Source of the DNA: Octopus sinensis
Taxonomy: Eukaryota
Assembly: GCF_006345805.1 (NCBI RefSeq)
Contig: NC_043014.1
Span: 41,168,001-41,232,000, forward strand
Direction of reading: 5' to 3'
Length of the DNA stretch: 64,000 bases
The notes below the pieces were generated by a model. That model searched no databases. It was not told where the DNA came from and saw only the letters and a program-made list of their open reading frames with translations. The number at the start of each line of letters is the position of its first letter. Position 1 is the stretch's first letter. Shown one piece after another: positions 11,761 to 24,672 of this stretch. The translations under genes were made by a program, and so were the position numbers.

Positions 11761-12625
11761 TTCATGGACTGTATATTCAATAAACTGACATGTGTGAATA
11801 GCTCGAGCGGATTTCTTCATTCAGCTGGGTCTAATTGTCCACATACACTGCAAGAATATCATTCGGCCGATACTTATGTACCAAATTTGATTTTTACATA
11901 TTATTGTTGTGTGTGTGTACTATTCCGACCTAACGAGGTACCTCAATTTAAGTACCTAATTCAACTGAATCTTATTTATATTTTCTATGTTTATACATAT
12001 GGGGAGGGGGACAGACACATACACATAGATATGTATATACATACATAAAAATATATATATATGTGTGTATGTATATATATATATATATAAATCTATGTGT
12101 CTGTGTTTGTCCTCCCAGGGCCACATCACAGCCAGTGTTGGTGTGCCTACGTCATCGTAACACTACAGTTTGGCAAAAGTGACCGATAGAATAAGTACTT
12201 GGCTTAAGAAATAAGTATTATTCCCTTGGTCTTGCTATCATTCTGTTTCTGTATCCGATATGGTCTTTGGCAAAAGCGGTTCTGGACTCCAATATGTAAT
12301 GCTTGATTTTTATGCGAAATTTTTCTTTGTTATGCAAAGTCTAATATTCGTAAAAATACGTTGTATCAGTATATATCTCTGTCATTTACCAGTTATTCAT
12401 ATTAATTTTGCTGCTGTTACTATCAAATATTGTTTCTGATTTAGTCACAAAGCAAGTAATTTTAAGTAGTGGAGGCTTGTAGATGCTATTACCTTTAGTG
12501 CTTGACGGCTGCTTTGCTTTATCCATCATGAAATCTTGAAACGTAAAGTTGAATTCAGAACACATAGAGTCAGAACAAATTCCACAAAACATTTTACCTA
12601 AGCTCTAACGATAATGATGATCCAA

Positions 12626-13295
12626 AAGGCGGCGAGCTGGCAGAACCGTTAGCACGCCGGGCGAAATGCGTAGCCGTATTTCGTCTGCCGTTACGTTCTG
12701 AGTTCAAATTCCGCCGAGGTCGACTTTGCCTTTCGGGGTCGATAAATTAAGTACCAGTTACGCTCTGGGGTCAATGTAATCGACTTAATTTTTTTGTCTG
12801 TCCTTGTTTGTCCCCTCTTTATTACCCTTGTGGGTAATAAAGAAACAGATAATAATGATCCACTGCCTAATATTGGCTTCAAATTTTAACTCAGAGCCAG
12901 CAGTTTTGGAGAAGTGGGTAAGTCGTTTACATCGACCACGGGGTTCAACTGGTACTTATTTCATTCACCTCGAGATGATAAAAAGCAAAGTCGACCCTAG
13001 CAGCATATGAACTCAGAACGCAAGAGCAGAATCCCACAAAGAATTTTGCTCGGCGCTCTAACGATTTAGGCCAGCTCGCAGCTCTATTCACTATCTAATA
13101 CTGATTTCAAATTTTGGCACAAGGCCAGTAATTTCCGGGGAGGAGTTTAGATGATTGCATCAACTCCAGTGTTCAACTGGTACTTATTTTATCAACTTCG
13201 AAAGGATAAACGGCAAAGTCGACCTCAGCGGAATTCGAACTCAGAACGTAAGCATTTTGTCCGACGCACTAACGATTCTGCTAGGTTGCTGCCTT
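12626..13295. mobile_element. Cluster of three SINE B copies (+ 12626-12846; - about 12870-13085; - about 13105-13295)
   Basis: Homology to B consensus. Confidence 0.8.
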
Positions 13296-13979
13296 ATATC
13301 CACTATCTAAAATTGCAAACATTTTTACTCTCTACTGAAAAAGTCCTTTAAAAAATCGTCCTATCCGTTTCTTAAAAATCTGTTGCTGTTTCTGTTTCTG
13401 TTTGCTGTAACAATTTTCTCAGTAATTACAGAAACATTTTAACGGAAGATTTTCGTCTGAATTATGTTTCATCACTAACACGCAACAGAGTATTTTACTG
13501 TTGACAAACGGCATCGTGTCATAGATGGAAGCTTCAGGTCAAACGTCTTCAGGTCAACACGCCATAAACATTCGTAATCTCACATTAATTTTTATCAGTT
13601 TAAGTTGTGCTGTCAATAAGTTCAATTTGGCAACAGGGATAGTTACTTTTTCTTAAAACAGTGGTTTATTATTGTTTTTTTCCACCCATTATTTTCGTTC
13701 CATGAGGTAGATTATCTTCCCTCAGAGGTGGGTACAGATCTATTTATTTCAGATTTCAATAGCTAAGAGAAGAAAAGTAACTCATAGCGCCTCTATAGCA
13801 TACGACACGACAAGTAAGCATGATTGATCAATGGCTACATACATACATACGTACATACATCCATTATATATATGTATGTATATATGTATATATGTATAAA
13901 AATTATATATAAAAATACAAAATGGGACAAGAACGCAATATATATATATATGTATATATTCATATATATATTTATTTAT

Positions 13980-14016
<37 letters not shown>

Positions 14017-14068
14017 CATCTATATATATGTATCCATATATATATATATATATATATATATGGGAGTG

Positions 14069-14110
<42 letters not shown>

Positions 14111-14219
14111 AGCACGTGAGATGTTTACATACATATATATATATATACATTCACTCATATAAATTTATATATACCTATGCTGATATATATATATAGGTAC
14201 AGACACACACACACACACA

Positions 14220-14271
<52 letters not shown>

Positions 14272-15003
14272 ACATATATATATCTTTATGTCTCTTTAAC
14301 ATATATATATGTATGTATGCGTGCTTTTGTGTGTGCGTGTGTCTTTGTTAGTGCGCTCACATGATGAACATTTATTTGCCCCATGCGATAAACGTAAGAT
14401 TTCTCATTCAGTGTTCGTGATTGGAGTATCGAAGAACACGAGATTGTATGACGAGGTAGCAGATGAAACTCGTTATAGGCATGCTTCCCTCAAAGCATCG
14501 GAGTCTCCAAGACAGTTAAATATAAATGTAATCAGGAAATTGAAACGGCTTGTGAATTCAGTTTGCAAGGATTTCGCCAAATACACAGCACACACGCACA
14601 CACACACACACGCACACACACACGCACCCCCCCCCGCGCGCGCAGATATGCATGTCGGATTTAATGGCCTTTCTCTAGGGTCGATAAAATAACTTCTAGC
14701 TAAGTAATGGCGTCGATATTATGAACTGCAACCGCGTAAGGAGTTGAATAATTGAAGACAGTAAAAAAATCTATTTGTCTGTGTGTCTATATATATATAT
14801 GTTTATACACACACATATATATGCATACATACATACAGACATGCACACATATATATGTTTATATATATATACATACGTGTGTGCATGTATGTTTGTTTGT
14901 ATACATCCACAGATACTACTTGCTAGAAGAAAAAAGATTAATGTGTATATATATGTGTGTGTATGCCTGTATATGTGCGCGCCTATCTGTGTGTATTTGT
15001 GTT

Positions 15004-15040
<37 letters not shown>

Positions 15041-15043
<3 letters not shown>

Positions 15044-15385
15044 TGCGTGTGTAGCTTGTGGTATCGCTTAAAAGCACGATAGTTGGTTTTACTCAATGTC
15101 ATTGCATTAGGCTTCTGTCTCTCATTTACTTGTCCAGTATGAGATTTGACCATTAACGAAATAAGGGAAATGGTCTTATGGTTGTTCAATCTTCTAAAAA
15201 GTTTTATCCCTGTCTTTCTCTGGTTAGACTCTGCAATCGTAACGAAGAGATGAATCAGTGTAACGATGGCACTTTATTTATTAACAAAAGGCAGTCTTAA
15301 GGCTACAATGCTTATGACCATAATAAGTCTGCTTGATCAGCGATAATCTGAAGCTAAATAACTTTTCTACTATAGGCACAAAACC

Positions 15386-15461
<76 letters not shown>

Positions 15462-15910
15462 TATCAATGACAGGCCCTCACAGAATTTTCGTCTTCCAAA
15501 TTCCCTCACAAGGCATTGTCAGTCCAGGGTTATAGTACAAGACACCTTCTCAAGATGCTACGCAGTGATATTAAAAGGCAAAAAAGAACCGCATAGTTGT
15601 CAATCAAACTTCTTACCAAATAGCCATACTTTTCGTCTAATGAAAACATTTGTTTGAAATTTCTCACTCTAAAAGAGGAAGAAGATACTGTAAAATGTGA
15701 TATATAAATACCCATAAATATGGATAAGAAAATATAATACTTGAACATAACGTTATATCTTTACTCAGACCTTTTGAAGATGATATATGAAAACGGTTGT
15801 ACAGTTATATGACCTTTAACATACGCGCACACATACACAAATACTCATATGTGTGTGTGTATCTTAAGAATTAGTACTATATAAACGTGTAACTGTTCCA
15901 ATATATATAT

Positions 15911-16004
<94 letters not shown>

Positions 16005-16385
16005 GTATATATATATATGTGTGTGTGTGTTGTGTGTGTGCTTGCGTGTGTAGCTTGTGGTATCGCTTAAAAGCACGATAGTTGGTTTTACTCAATGTCA
16101 TTGCATTAGGCTTCTGTCTCTCATTTACTTGTCCAGTATGAGATTTGACCATTAACGAAATAAGGGAAATGGTCTTATGGTTGTTCAATCTTCTAAAAAG
16201 TTTTATCCCTGTCTTTCTCTGGTTAGACTCTGCAATCGTAACGAAGAGATGAATCAGTGTAACGATGGGCACTTTATTTATTAACAAAAGGCAGTCTTAA
16301 GGCTACAATGCTTATGACCATAATAAGTCTGCTTGATCAGCGATAATCTGAAGCTAAATAACTTTTCTACTATAGGCACAAAACC

Positions 16386-16459
<74 letters not shown>

Positions 16460-16465
16460 CTATAT

Positions 16466-16497
<32 letters not shown>

Positions 16498-16939
16498 CAT
16501 ATTATCAATGACAGGCCCTCACAGAATTTTCGTCTTCCAAATTCCCTCACAAGGCATTTGTCAGTCCAGGGTTATAGTACAAGACACCTTCTCAAGATGC
16601 TACGCAGTGATATTAAAAGGCAAAAAAGAACCGCATAGTTGTCAATCAAACTTCTTAACCAAATAGCCATACTTTTCGTCTAATGAAAACATTTGTTTGA
16701 AATTTCTCACTCTAAAAGAGGAAGAAGATACTGTAAAATGTGATATATAAATACCCATAAATATGGATAAGAAAATATAATACTTGAACATAACGTTATA
16801 TCTTTACTCAGACCTTTTGAAGATGATATATGAAAACGGTTGTACAGTTATATGACCTTTAACATACGCGCACACATACACAAATACTCATATGTGTGTG
16901 TGTATCTTAAGAATTAGTACTATATAAACGTGTAACTGT

Positions 16940-16943
<4 letters not shown>
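15041..16943. repeat. ~1-kb direct tandem duplication (15041-15900 and 16040-16943)
   Basis: Copies differ mainly by 1-bp indels and (TA)n length. Confidence 0.9.
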
Positions 16944-17014
<71 letters not shown>

Positions 17015-17038
17015 GTTGTGTGTGTGTGTGTGGTGTGT

Positions 17039-17172
17039 AAATTAGAAAAAAACACCTTTTATCCATTCAAAATGAACAATTAAATTACACCATCTAAAAA
17101 ATTAATTAGAAAATTAATGGTGTAATTTAATTGTTCATTTTGAATTGATAAAAGGTGTTTTTTTCTAATTTT
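17039..17172. repeat. Hairpin/foldback, 55-bp arms
   Basis: 17039-17093 is the reverse complement of 17117-17172 with about 1 mismatch. Confidence 0.9.
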
Positions 17173-17371
17173 TATATATATATTATATTTTATGAAATAT
17201 GATTTAGTATTTCTAAATTGAATTTTTCCCTGTAAGTTAGGAATAATATTCCCTCAAATTATTATCATTATGTGTATATATATATAATAAATATTAGGGA
17301 ATAAATCCAAATTTACAGGGAAAAAATCAGATTTAGGATTAAATCCAATTTTATAGTAAAATATTAAATAA

Positions 17372-17614
17372 TATTATTAGAGACAAAACCACTATTTTGC
17401 AAAACAAACAAGGAAAGACTTAATCAATACATAAAATTTTAATAAAAAGTAAAAAAAACCGCCACTACAATTGTTTCTGGTCTTGATCGACAATCTTCAG
17501 GTGGACAAGAAACAATTGTAGTGGCGGTTTTTTTGACTTTTTATTAAACTTTTATGTATTGATTATGTCTTTCCTTGTTTGTTTTGCAAAATAGTGGTTT
17601 TGTCTCTAATAATA
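17372..17614. mobile_element. (TA)n-flanked foldback element, 107-bp arms, with hammerhead at the apex (Penelope-like inverted pLTR)
   Basis: 17372-17478 versus 17508-17614, about 3 mismatches. Confidence 0.85.
17462..17504 (-). ncRNA. Minimal type I hammerhead ribozyme
   Basis: CCAC-CUGAAGA-UUGUCGAUCAAGACCA-GAAAC-AAUU-GUA|GUGG: intact core, 4-bp helix I, palindromic helix III ACAAUUGU. Confidence 0.8.
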
Positions 17615-17620
17615 TATATA

Positions 17621-17659
<39 letters not shown>

Positions 17660-17684
17660 CATACATACATATAAAACTGTATTA

Positions 17685-18530
17685 TTACCGTTATTAATGA
17701 TATTAATAAGGTAATAAGGTGGCTAGCAAGTTCACACCGTTACTGGCAGAATATAAGGAACATTTTTATATACAGTAGGGTATATGATACCACTTGCTAA
17801 AATCAGAGCCATGGCTCGAAAACCACCAGAAACTCAGGATAAAGAAAGATATACACACGAGTAATGCAATGAACATATGAAACACAGGCGTTGAATACAT
17901 CAGTAAGTAACGTATGAGAAACGTTCAGTTGAAAATAACATTTTAACATCTATTTCTAAAATATTCCCTACATTAGTTCTTGTGCGTTCCTTACTTTAAA
18001 CGCAAAAGTAAGTCATTGCATTGTTCGTGTATATCTTTGTCATGAGTTTTTGGTGGTTTTGGAGCCATGGCTCTGATTTGAGTAAGTGGTATTATATTCC
18101 CTACTGTATCTAAATTTTCCTTATATTGTGCTTGTAGTGGTGTGAACTTTCTAACCACCTTATTATTACCTTATTAATGTCATTAATGGCTGGAATAATA
18201 CATCTTTATTTAAATTTATTCTTGTTCGCGATAGTTTCTTTTAAACGGGCGGGATGTTTAAAGTAAGGAACGCACACGAGCTATTGTAGTGAATATTTTA
18301 GAAATAGATGTTAAAATGTTATTTTCAACTGAAGATCCCAGACTATGTTGGTCATACAGAGCGTGAAATCAATTGATATTGAAATACACACTATTTAATG
18401 ATGTATTCAAAGCAAAGGTAAGCCTATTTCTCATATGTTCATTATATTGCTCGTGTGTATTTTTATTGTGAGTTTCGGGTGGTTTTGGACCCTTGGCTCT
18501 GATTTTAGCAAGTGGTATTATATACCCTAC
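17685..18530. mobile_element. Interleaved inverted copies of a Penelope-like pLTR unit
   Basis: About 17685-17880 inverted versus 18013-18200; about 17925-18000 inverted versus 18257-18333; about 17770-17910 inverted versus 18395-18530. Confidence 0.75.
18323..18384 (+). ncRNA. Type I hammerhead ribozyme with 10-nt palindromic helix III
   Basis: UUUCAA-CUGAAGA-(29 nt, helix II partly decayed)-GAAA-UCAAUUGAUA|UUGAAA; helix I is 6 bp and AUCAAUUGAU is a perfect palindrome. Confidence 0.75.
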
Positions 18531-18791
18531 TGTCTGTCTGTCTGTCTGCTTCTCTCTCTCTCTGTGTTTGTGCGTATAAATGTATGTATAGTTAAATGTA
18601 CATACACACGCGCACACACGCATAAATATACATTTGTTATGTCATGTTATATTCATATATATACATACTGTACCGTATACATACCTGTGTGTGCGTGACT
18701 GAGTGTAATTATGTACATTCGTAAACACTCTATATTATATATATATATGTATGTATCTGTGTATGTATGTAGCGCTCTCTCTCTTTCTCTC

Positions 18792-18842
<51 letters not shown>

Positions 18843-19719
18843 GTATATATAAACAAATGTACCATATATATGTGTCTGTGAGTGCGTGGAGTTACATATA
18901 TTCGTATATACTTTATATTATATACACGTGTGATATAAGTGATTATGTTTGTGTGTGTGTTTGTGTGCGCGTGTGTTTGTTTGCTTGTATGCGTGTGTGT
19001 GCGCTCGTGTGTCTTTGTATTTGTGTGCATATATGTGTGTGTGTAATAAACAATAAACTCTCAATAAGTCCCTACTGCAAATTAGTTTCAGCTTTATCCA
19101 TTAATCTCTATCTACAAACTAAATCTGTTTTAAAATCTCACATCGCATGATCGAGCACGAAACCCATTCTTTCTCCCGCACTTAGATTAGAGATCAGTCT
19201 TTATTTGTGTCCGCCATTTTGTCTTTTTTATTACTTCTCTCCTAAACTCCATGAATATCAATAAGGTAGCTGATGTTTCCAACAATCGTAAAAAAGGGAG
19301 AAAATAAAACAGACAAAAAAAAAAAGGTAAATTATATCCACAGTTTATTTATTTTCTCTACTTCTAATTTTGATTCCAGCATTAAACAACTGTTGATCTG
19401 AAGTATTAGTGCACTTTCACAGAATTTACTGGCGCGAGGAAAAAAAATAAAATTGGTTTAGAGAGATGTTTAAAAAATTTACTGTTATTAACTATTAAAA
19501 AGCAGAGCTCCACAACATTTCTTAAAGTAACTTATCTTTCCGTTGATAACAAACACATGGAATGGAAAACGAAAGATCGATAGCCAAATTGTTGATGCTG
19601 TGGTTGGTGATGATAAATAAACAAGAAACACCCGCTTTTAAATCACGTCAACATTGAAATTAGTTTGTAATTTTTCTCAACTAGAAGAATACATGTTTGA
19701 ATAAACGGCCTCACGTACG

Positions 19720-20141
19720 TTAATGTTTATGTGTGTGTGTGTGTGTTTTGTGTGTGTGTGTGTGTGTGCGTGTTTGCACGTTCGTGCATGCCTCAATACG
19801 CGTACATATGCATGTGCGTCTGTGCCTGTGTGTACATGTGCGTGAGTGTGTGTATATTCGTACTTGCGTTTATATCCATATACATGTATATGTGTGTTTG
19901 TGTGTGTATATGTATATGTATGAGCATGTGCGTATATATGCGTATACACATATGTGTATGTGTGTATGTTGTGTGTGTGTACGTATGTTTGTGTGTGTGT
20001 GTGTGTGCGTTTGCACGTTCGTGCATGCCTCAATACACGTACATATGCATGTGCGTCTGTGCCTGTGTGTACATGTGCGTGAGTGTGTGTATATTCGTAC
20101 TTGCGTTTATATCCATATACATATATATATATGTGTGTGTG

Positions 20142-20177
<36 letters not shown>

Positions 20178-20400
20178 ATATGTATATGTGTGAGCATGTA
20201 CGTATATATGAGTTTACACATATGTGTATATGTGTCTGTTGTATGTGTGTGTGTGTACGTATGTTTGCATGGATGTATATGCTCATATATGCTTGTTTGG
20301 GTGTGAGCTCGTACGTTTTTGTGCGTGTTATGTATGTGATTTTGTGTGTAATGCGAGTGTGTGTGGTGGGATTGAATGTGCGTTCGTGTAAAATGAAACA
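19720..20400. repeat. (TG)n/(TATG)n compound repeat with a ~238-bp internal duplication
   Basis: TTTGCACGTTCGTGCATGCCTCAATAC... at about 19772 and 20010. Confidence 0.9.
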
Positions 20401-21013
20401 TTGATGAACAAAAAAGGCAGAGACACACAAAACAAAACAAAAAATAAACAAAAGCTATTTAAAAATGTGACATTTAGGGGAAAAAGAATAAAAATCAATG
20501 AAATAATTTAAATCTTTTTTCGAAATAATAATGAATAATTTCTTTCATTTTCATAAAAATTCAACATTTCTTATTCGACCTTAATCTTTAGTAAATTATC
20601 GTACGGAAATCATTTTCAAGTTTTGTTCCAAGCCCTATGCCTTCAGGGCTAAGAAAAAAAAAATAACAAAGAAAGAAAAAAGAAAGTGTTGTGATGCACG
20701 AATTTTCTTCTTTTTCTCTTTTTGCAGCGGAATTAACATCTAAGTAACATCCGAATCATGAACTCATTAGAAAAGTGCTTATCAGGCGTTTCTGACATTT
20801 TCCTCGGGTTTCTTATATCACTGGCGCGTAGAATTACAATGTTTGCATTAAAACATTAATTCTGAGCTTCCCAACCATGTTTTTTTTTACCTTTGAACTC
20901 CTTTGATTCCTTGTTTACTCTGGTAGATCCTTATAGCAATTATATGTTTATAAGTAAATAATATTAGGGACCCTATTAAAAGTTTATAACATGCTTTGTG
21001 TTTTGTAGAAGTA

Positions 21014-21683
21014 TACTCTTTTACTCTTAACGTGTTTTTTGTCATTTGACTGCGGCCATGCTGGGGTACCGCCTTTAGTCGAGCAACTCGACCACAAGAC
21101 TTATTCTTTGGAAGCCTAGTACTTTTGCCGAACCGCTACGTTACGGGGGCATAAACACACCACCATCGGTAGGGGGGACAAATACAGACACACAAACATA
21201 TACACACACGTACATATATGTATACATACAAACATATACACACACATACATATATGTATACATACAAACATATACACACACATACATATATGTATACATA
21301 CAAACATATACACACACATACATATATGTATACATACAAACATATACACACACATACATATATGTATACATACAAACATATACACACACATACATATATG
21401 TATACATACAAACATATACACACACATACATATATGTATACATACAAACATATACACACACATACATATATGTATACATACAAACATATACACACACATA
21501 CATATATGTATACATATATACGATGGGCTTCTTTCAGCTTCCGTCCACCAAATCCACTCACAAGGCTTTGGTCGGCCCGAGCCTATAATGGAAGACACTT
21601 ACCCAAGGTGCCATGCAGTGGGACTGAACCCGGAACCATGTGGTTGGTAAGAAAGCTACTTACCACACAGCCACTCCTGCGCC
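21014..21683 (-). mobile_element. SINE family A, full length, central microsatellite expanded into a 36-bp minisatellite
   Basis: Head at 21683, tail at 21014; unit CATACAAACATATACACACACATACATATATGTATA about 9 times at about 21190-21515. Confidence 0.92.
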
Positions 21684-22001
21684 ATATTTATTTACTCAGT
21701 GTTTTCTGTTGGTGAAGGAAAAACCTTTGGGTTAATCCAGAAATTGGTTGATCCAGAGAGAACTCATTTTTATGAATTTCCGTTGGCTAGCTCTTACGAA
21801 TTCGACACGTATGTAATAATAAGAGTGATGATATTTAATGTGATAAGCAAGCTACTTACCACACAGCCACTCCGTATAGTTAATTTATTACACATAAACT
21901 TCAGCAACAAAATATGATAGGGACCCTCAAGCATCATACGGATTCCGGTTGAGAACTGTTGCAACTTAACGAAATCTTATACAGACAAGATATGGATGGA
22001 A

Positions 22002-22389
22002 GCACTCCGTCGGTTTCGACGATGAGGGTTCCGGTTGATCCGAATCAACGGAACAGCCTGCTCGTGAAATTAACGTGTAAGTGGCTGAGCACTCCACAGA
22101 CACGTGTACCCTTAACGTAGTTCTCGGGGATATTCAGCATTGACACAGAGAGTGGCAAGGCCGGCCGGCCCTTTGAAATACAGGTACAACAGAAACAGGA
22201 AGAGAGAGAGTGAGAGAAAGTTGTGGTGAAAGAGTACGGCAGGGATCACCACCATCCCCTGACGGAGCCTCGTGGAGCTTTTAGGTGTTTTCGCTCAATA
22301 AACACTCACAACGCCCGGTCTGGGAATCGAAACCGCGATCCTACGACCGCGAGTCCGCTGCCCTAACCACTGGGCCATTGCGCCTCCAC
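22002..22389 (-). mobile_element. SINE family E, tRNA-Arg(TCG)-like head
   Basis: Minus strand GTGGAGGCGCAATGGCCCAGTGGTTAGGGCAGCGGACTCGCGGTCGTAGGATCGCGGTTTCGATTCCC; probable TSD AGACAAGATAT at 21983-21993 and 22393-22403. Confidence 0.9.
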
Positions 22390-22671
22390 TTTAGACAAGA
22401 TATATACAATATCGCATTCATTATTAAATATATAAACATATATGCACAACATCGCATTCATACTCAAATATGCATTGAACAGAAGAGAAGCAAATGCTCT
22501 TTATTACCAATCCTATTTGTTATTGAAAATATGTTAAACATACGTCTTAGTTTTTTAGGCAGGCAAATACGAATTAGAACTTGGCATGGATGAAAGACCA
22601 GAATGCTGTTCCTCTGTAAGATAAGTAGAGGACGTTATTTTTGTCATTTAACGCTCTTAGGAGTCACCCAG

Positions 22672-23262
22672 AATATTCTTTTCTACTCTAGGCCCAAGGC
22701 CCGAACTTTTGGGGCAGGGAGCCAGTCGATTAGATCGACCCCAGTAAGTAACTGGTTCTTAAATTATCGACCCCGAAAGGATGAATGGCAAAGTCGACCT
22801 CAGCAGAATTTGAACTTAGAACGCAAAGACAGACGAAATACTGGCAGAAACGTACACGTCCCGGGCTACATGCTTAGCGGTATTTCGTCAGCCGCTACGT
22901 TCTGAGTTCAAATTCCGCCGAGGTCGACTTTGCTTTTCCTCCTTTCGGGTCGATAATTTAAGTACCAGTTACGCACTGGAGTCGATGTAATCAACTTAAT
23001 CCCTTTGTCTGTCCTTGTTTGTCCCCTCTGTGTTTAGCCCCTTGTGGACAATAAGGAAATAAAAAACGTTAGCACGCCGGGCGACATGCTTAGCGATATA
23101 TCGTCTGTCTTTACGTTCTGATTTCAAATTCCGCTCAAGTCGACTTTGCCTTTCATCATTTCGGGTTCGATAAATTAAGTACCAATTGCTTACTGGGGGC
23201 AATCAAATCGACTGGCCTCCTTCCTAAAAATTTCGGCCCATGTGCCAAGAGCAGAAAAGAAT
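22672..23262. mobile_element. SINE B cluster (- 22672-22852; + composite tail1/tail2 about 22865-23262)
   Basis: Homology to B; junction AAGGAAATA|AAAAACGTTAGCACG near 23055-23070. Confidence 0.85.
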
Positions 23263-23632
23263 ATTTGATGCGTGAGAAATCATTACTTTGATATTGAAGA
23301 TTTCTATCTCGTATTATGTATTTTTACGATACGTGCTTAGAAAATTCACATGTGTATTACTTTAAACTAGAATTTATAGCTTGAAAGTAAGTAAGCAAAT
23401 GTATAAAGTGAAATGTATTCTACTGATAAAGAATTTACTGCAAAAATGTTTTGATTTAAATTGGAATTTATGATTATTGATGTGTATTTATTTACGTGTG
23501 TTTAAATGAAAATATACTGCTTAATGCGACACGCATTAAACAGTAACCAACAGCTACATATCAATACATAAGCATATTTACAATACTTACATACATACAT
23601 ACATATGTATATATGTGTGTGTGTGTTGTATG

Positions 23633-23672
<40 letters not shown>

Positions 23673-24027
23673 TACACACATATATATACATCCATATATA
23701 TAGAGAGAGACTCGATAACGACTATACCTGATTGATCCAGCAAGTAGCCATTGCTTATATATATATATATATAATATATATATATATGTTTGTATATAGG
23801 TATGCATATATGTATGTGTGTATATATCTATATACATATACATATAGGGAGAGAGAGAGAGAGATAAAGCGAGAGAAAGAGAGAGATTAAAAGAAAGGCA
23901 CATAAACATATATACGAATGTACGTATATGTGTAAAATTGTGCGGGCATGTGTATATACACACTGAAGTGGAAATTCTCAAGGATAACTGTGTAAAACAC
24001 ACCGCACAACTGTACACGCACAACCAC

Positions 24028-24075
<48 letters not shown>

Positions 24076-24409
24076 CTTTAACGTTTACTTGTTCCAATCA
24101 TTGCAGTGCGATGCGACCATGCTAAGTCACCACCCTTGAAGTGTTTTGTCAAACAAATCGACTCTTTGAATTCTATGTCTACAGTTACCAAAGCCCCTCA
24201 TCAGCACATACCCTAGAGATCTCATGCAAAAATTTGTATGCTCAGCACAGAAACTATGAACAGAGACCTTGAAGATATATCTTCCAATAAGGTCATGTCG
24301 GTGCTGTCTCGTTGAACAGCACAAGGATGCATTTACTGCCCATATCAAATCAACACTATCGTGCTTCTTTCCATCTTGCTGGGGCTGCCTGCTGGAGCCT
24401 AGCGGCAGG

Positions 24410-24443
24410 TATATAAAGGGAAAATTTTGACAAGTCAGTCAGT
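24410..24443 (+). promoter_or_regulatory. Candidate Pol II core promoter (TATA + Inr) of a pLTR/LTR-like element
   Basis: TATATAAAG at 24410-24418 and TCAGT at 24435 and 24439. Confidence 0.45.
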
Positions 24444-24516
24444 CACCGTCTGACACTTGCTGACGATACATCGAAGAGGCCAGGGAATAGAAGAAAGAAG
24501 ACATGCACCCAACACC

Positions 24517-24672
24517 AGAGCTGAAGACACCTCCGAAAGCGGAGGCCCCGCCATGTCAAAACGGTAGAGGAGTAGGAGCCGAAACTGGACGTGGTTCCTC
24601 CTGATGATGTCTTGAGCTAACTGGATCCTATAAAGGAGCTCTTGTGGTAGCAGACCACGAAACACGGTTGTA
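24517..24672 (+). ncRNA. Two tandem, decayed hammerhead-like motifs
   Basis: CTGAAGA (24521)...GAAACTGGAC (24581) and CCTC-CTGATGA (24601)...CGAAACACGGT (24658); helices are imperfect. Confidence 0.5.

Noticed and set aside
12386-12600. Possible minus-strand exon (MFCGICSDSMCSEF...SSTK|gtaata)
   Set aside because: No recognisable protein similarity, a weak acceptor, and no partner exons.
14309-14692. 127-aa ORF with about 80 non-repetitive codons
   Set aside because: It starts and ends in microsatellites, has no recognisable domain, and an open stretch of this length is expected by chance across six frames.
19150-19650. Promoter suggested by YY1-like CCGCCATTTT and CRE-like CACGTCA motifs
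   Set aside because: Short motifs expected by chance; no CpG island or downstream exon.
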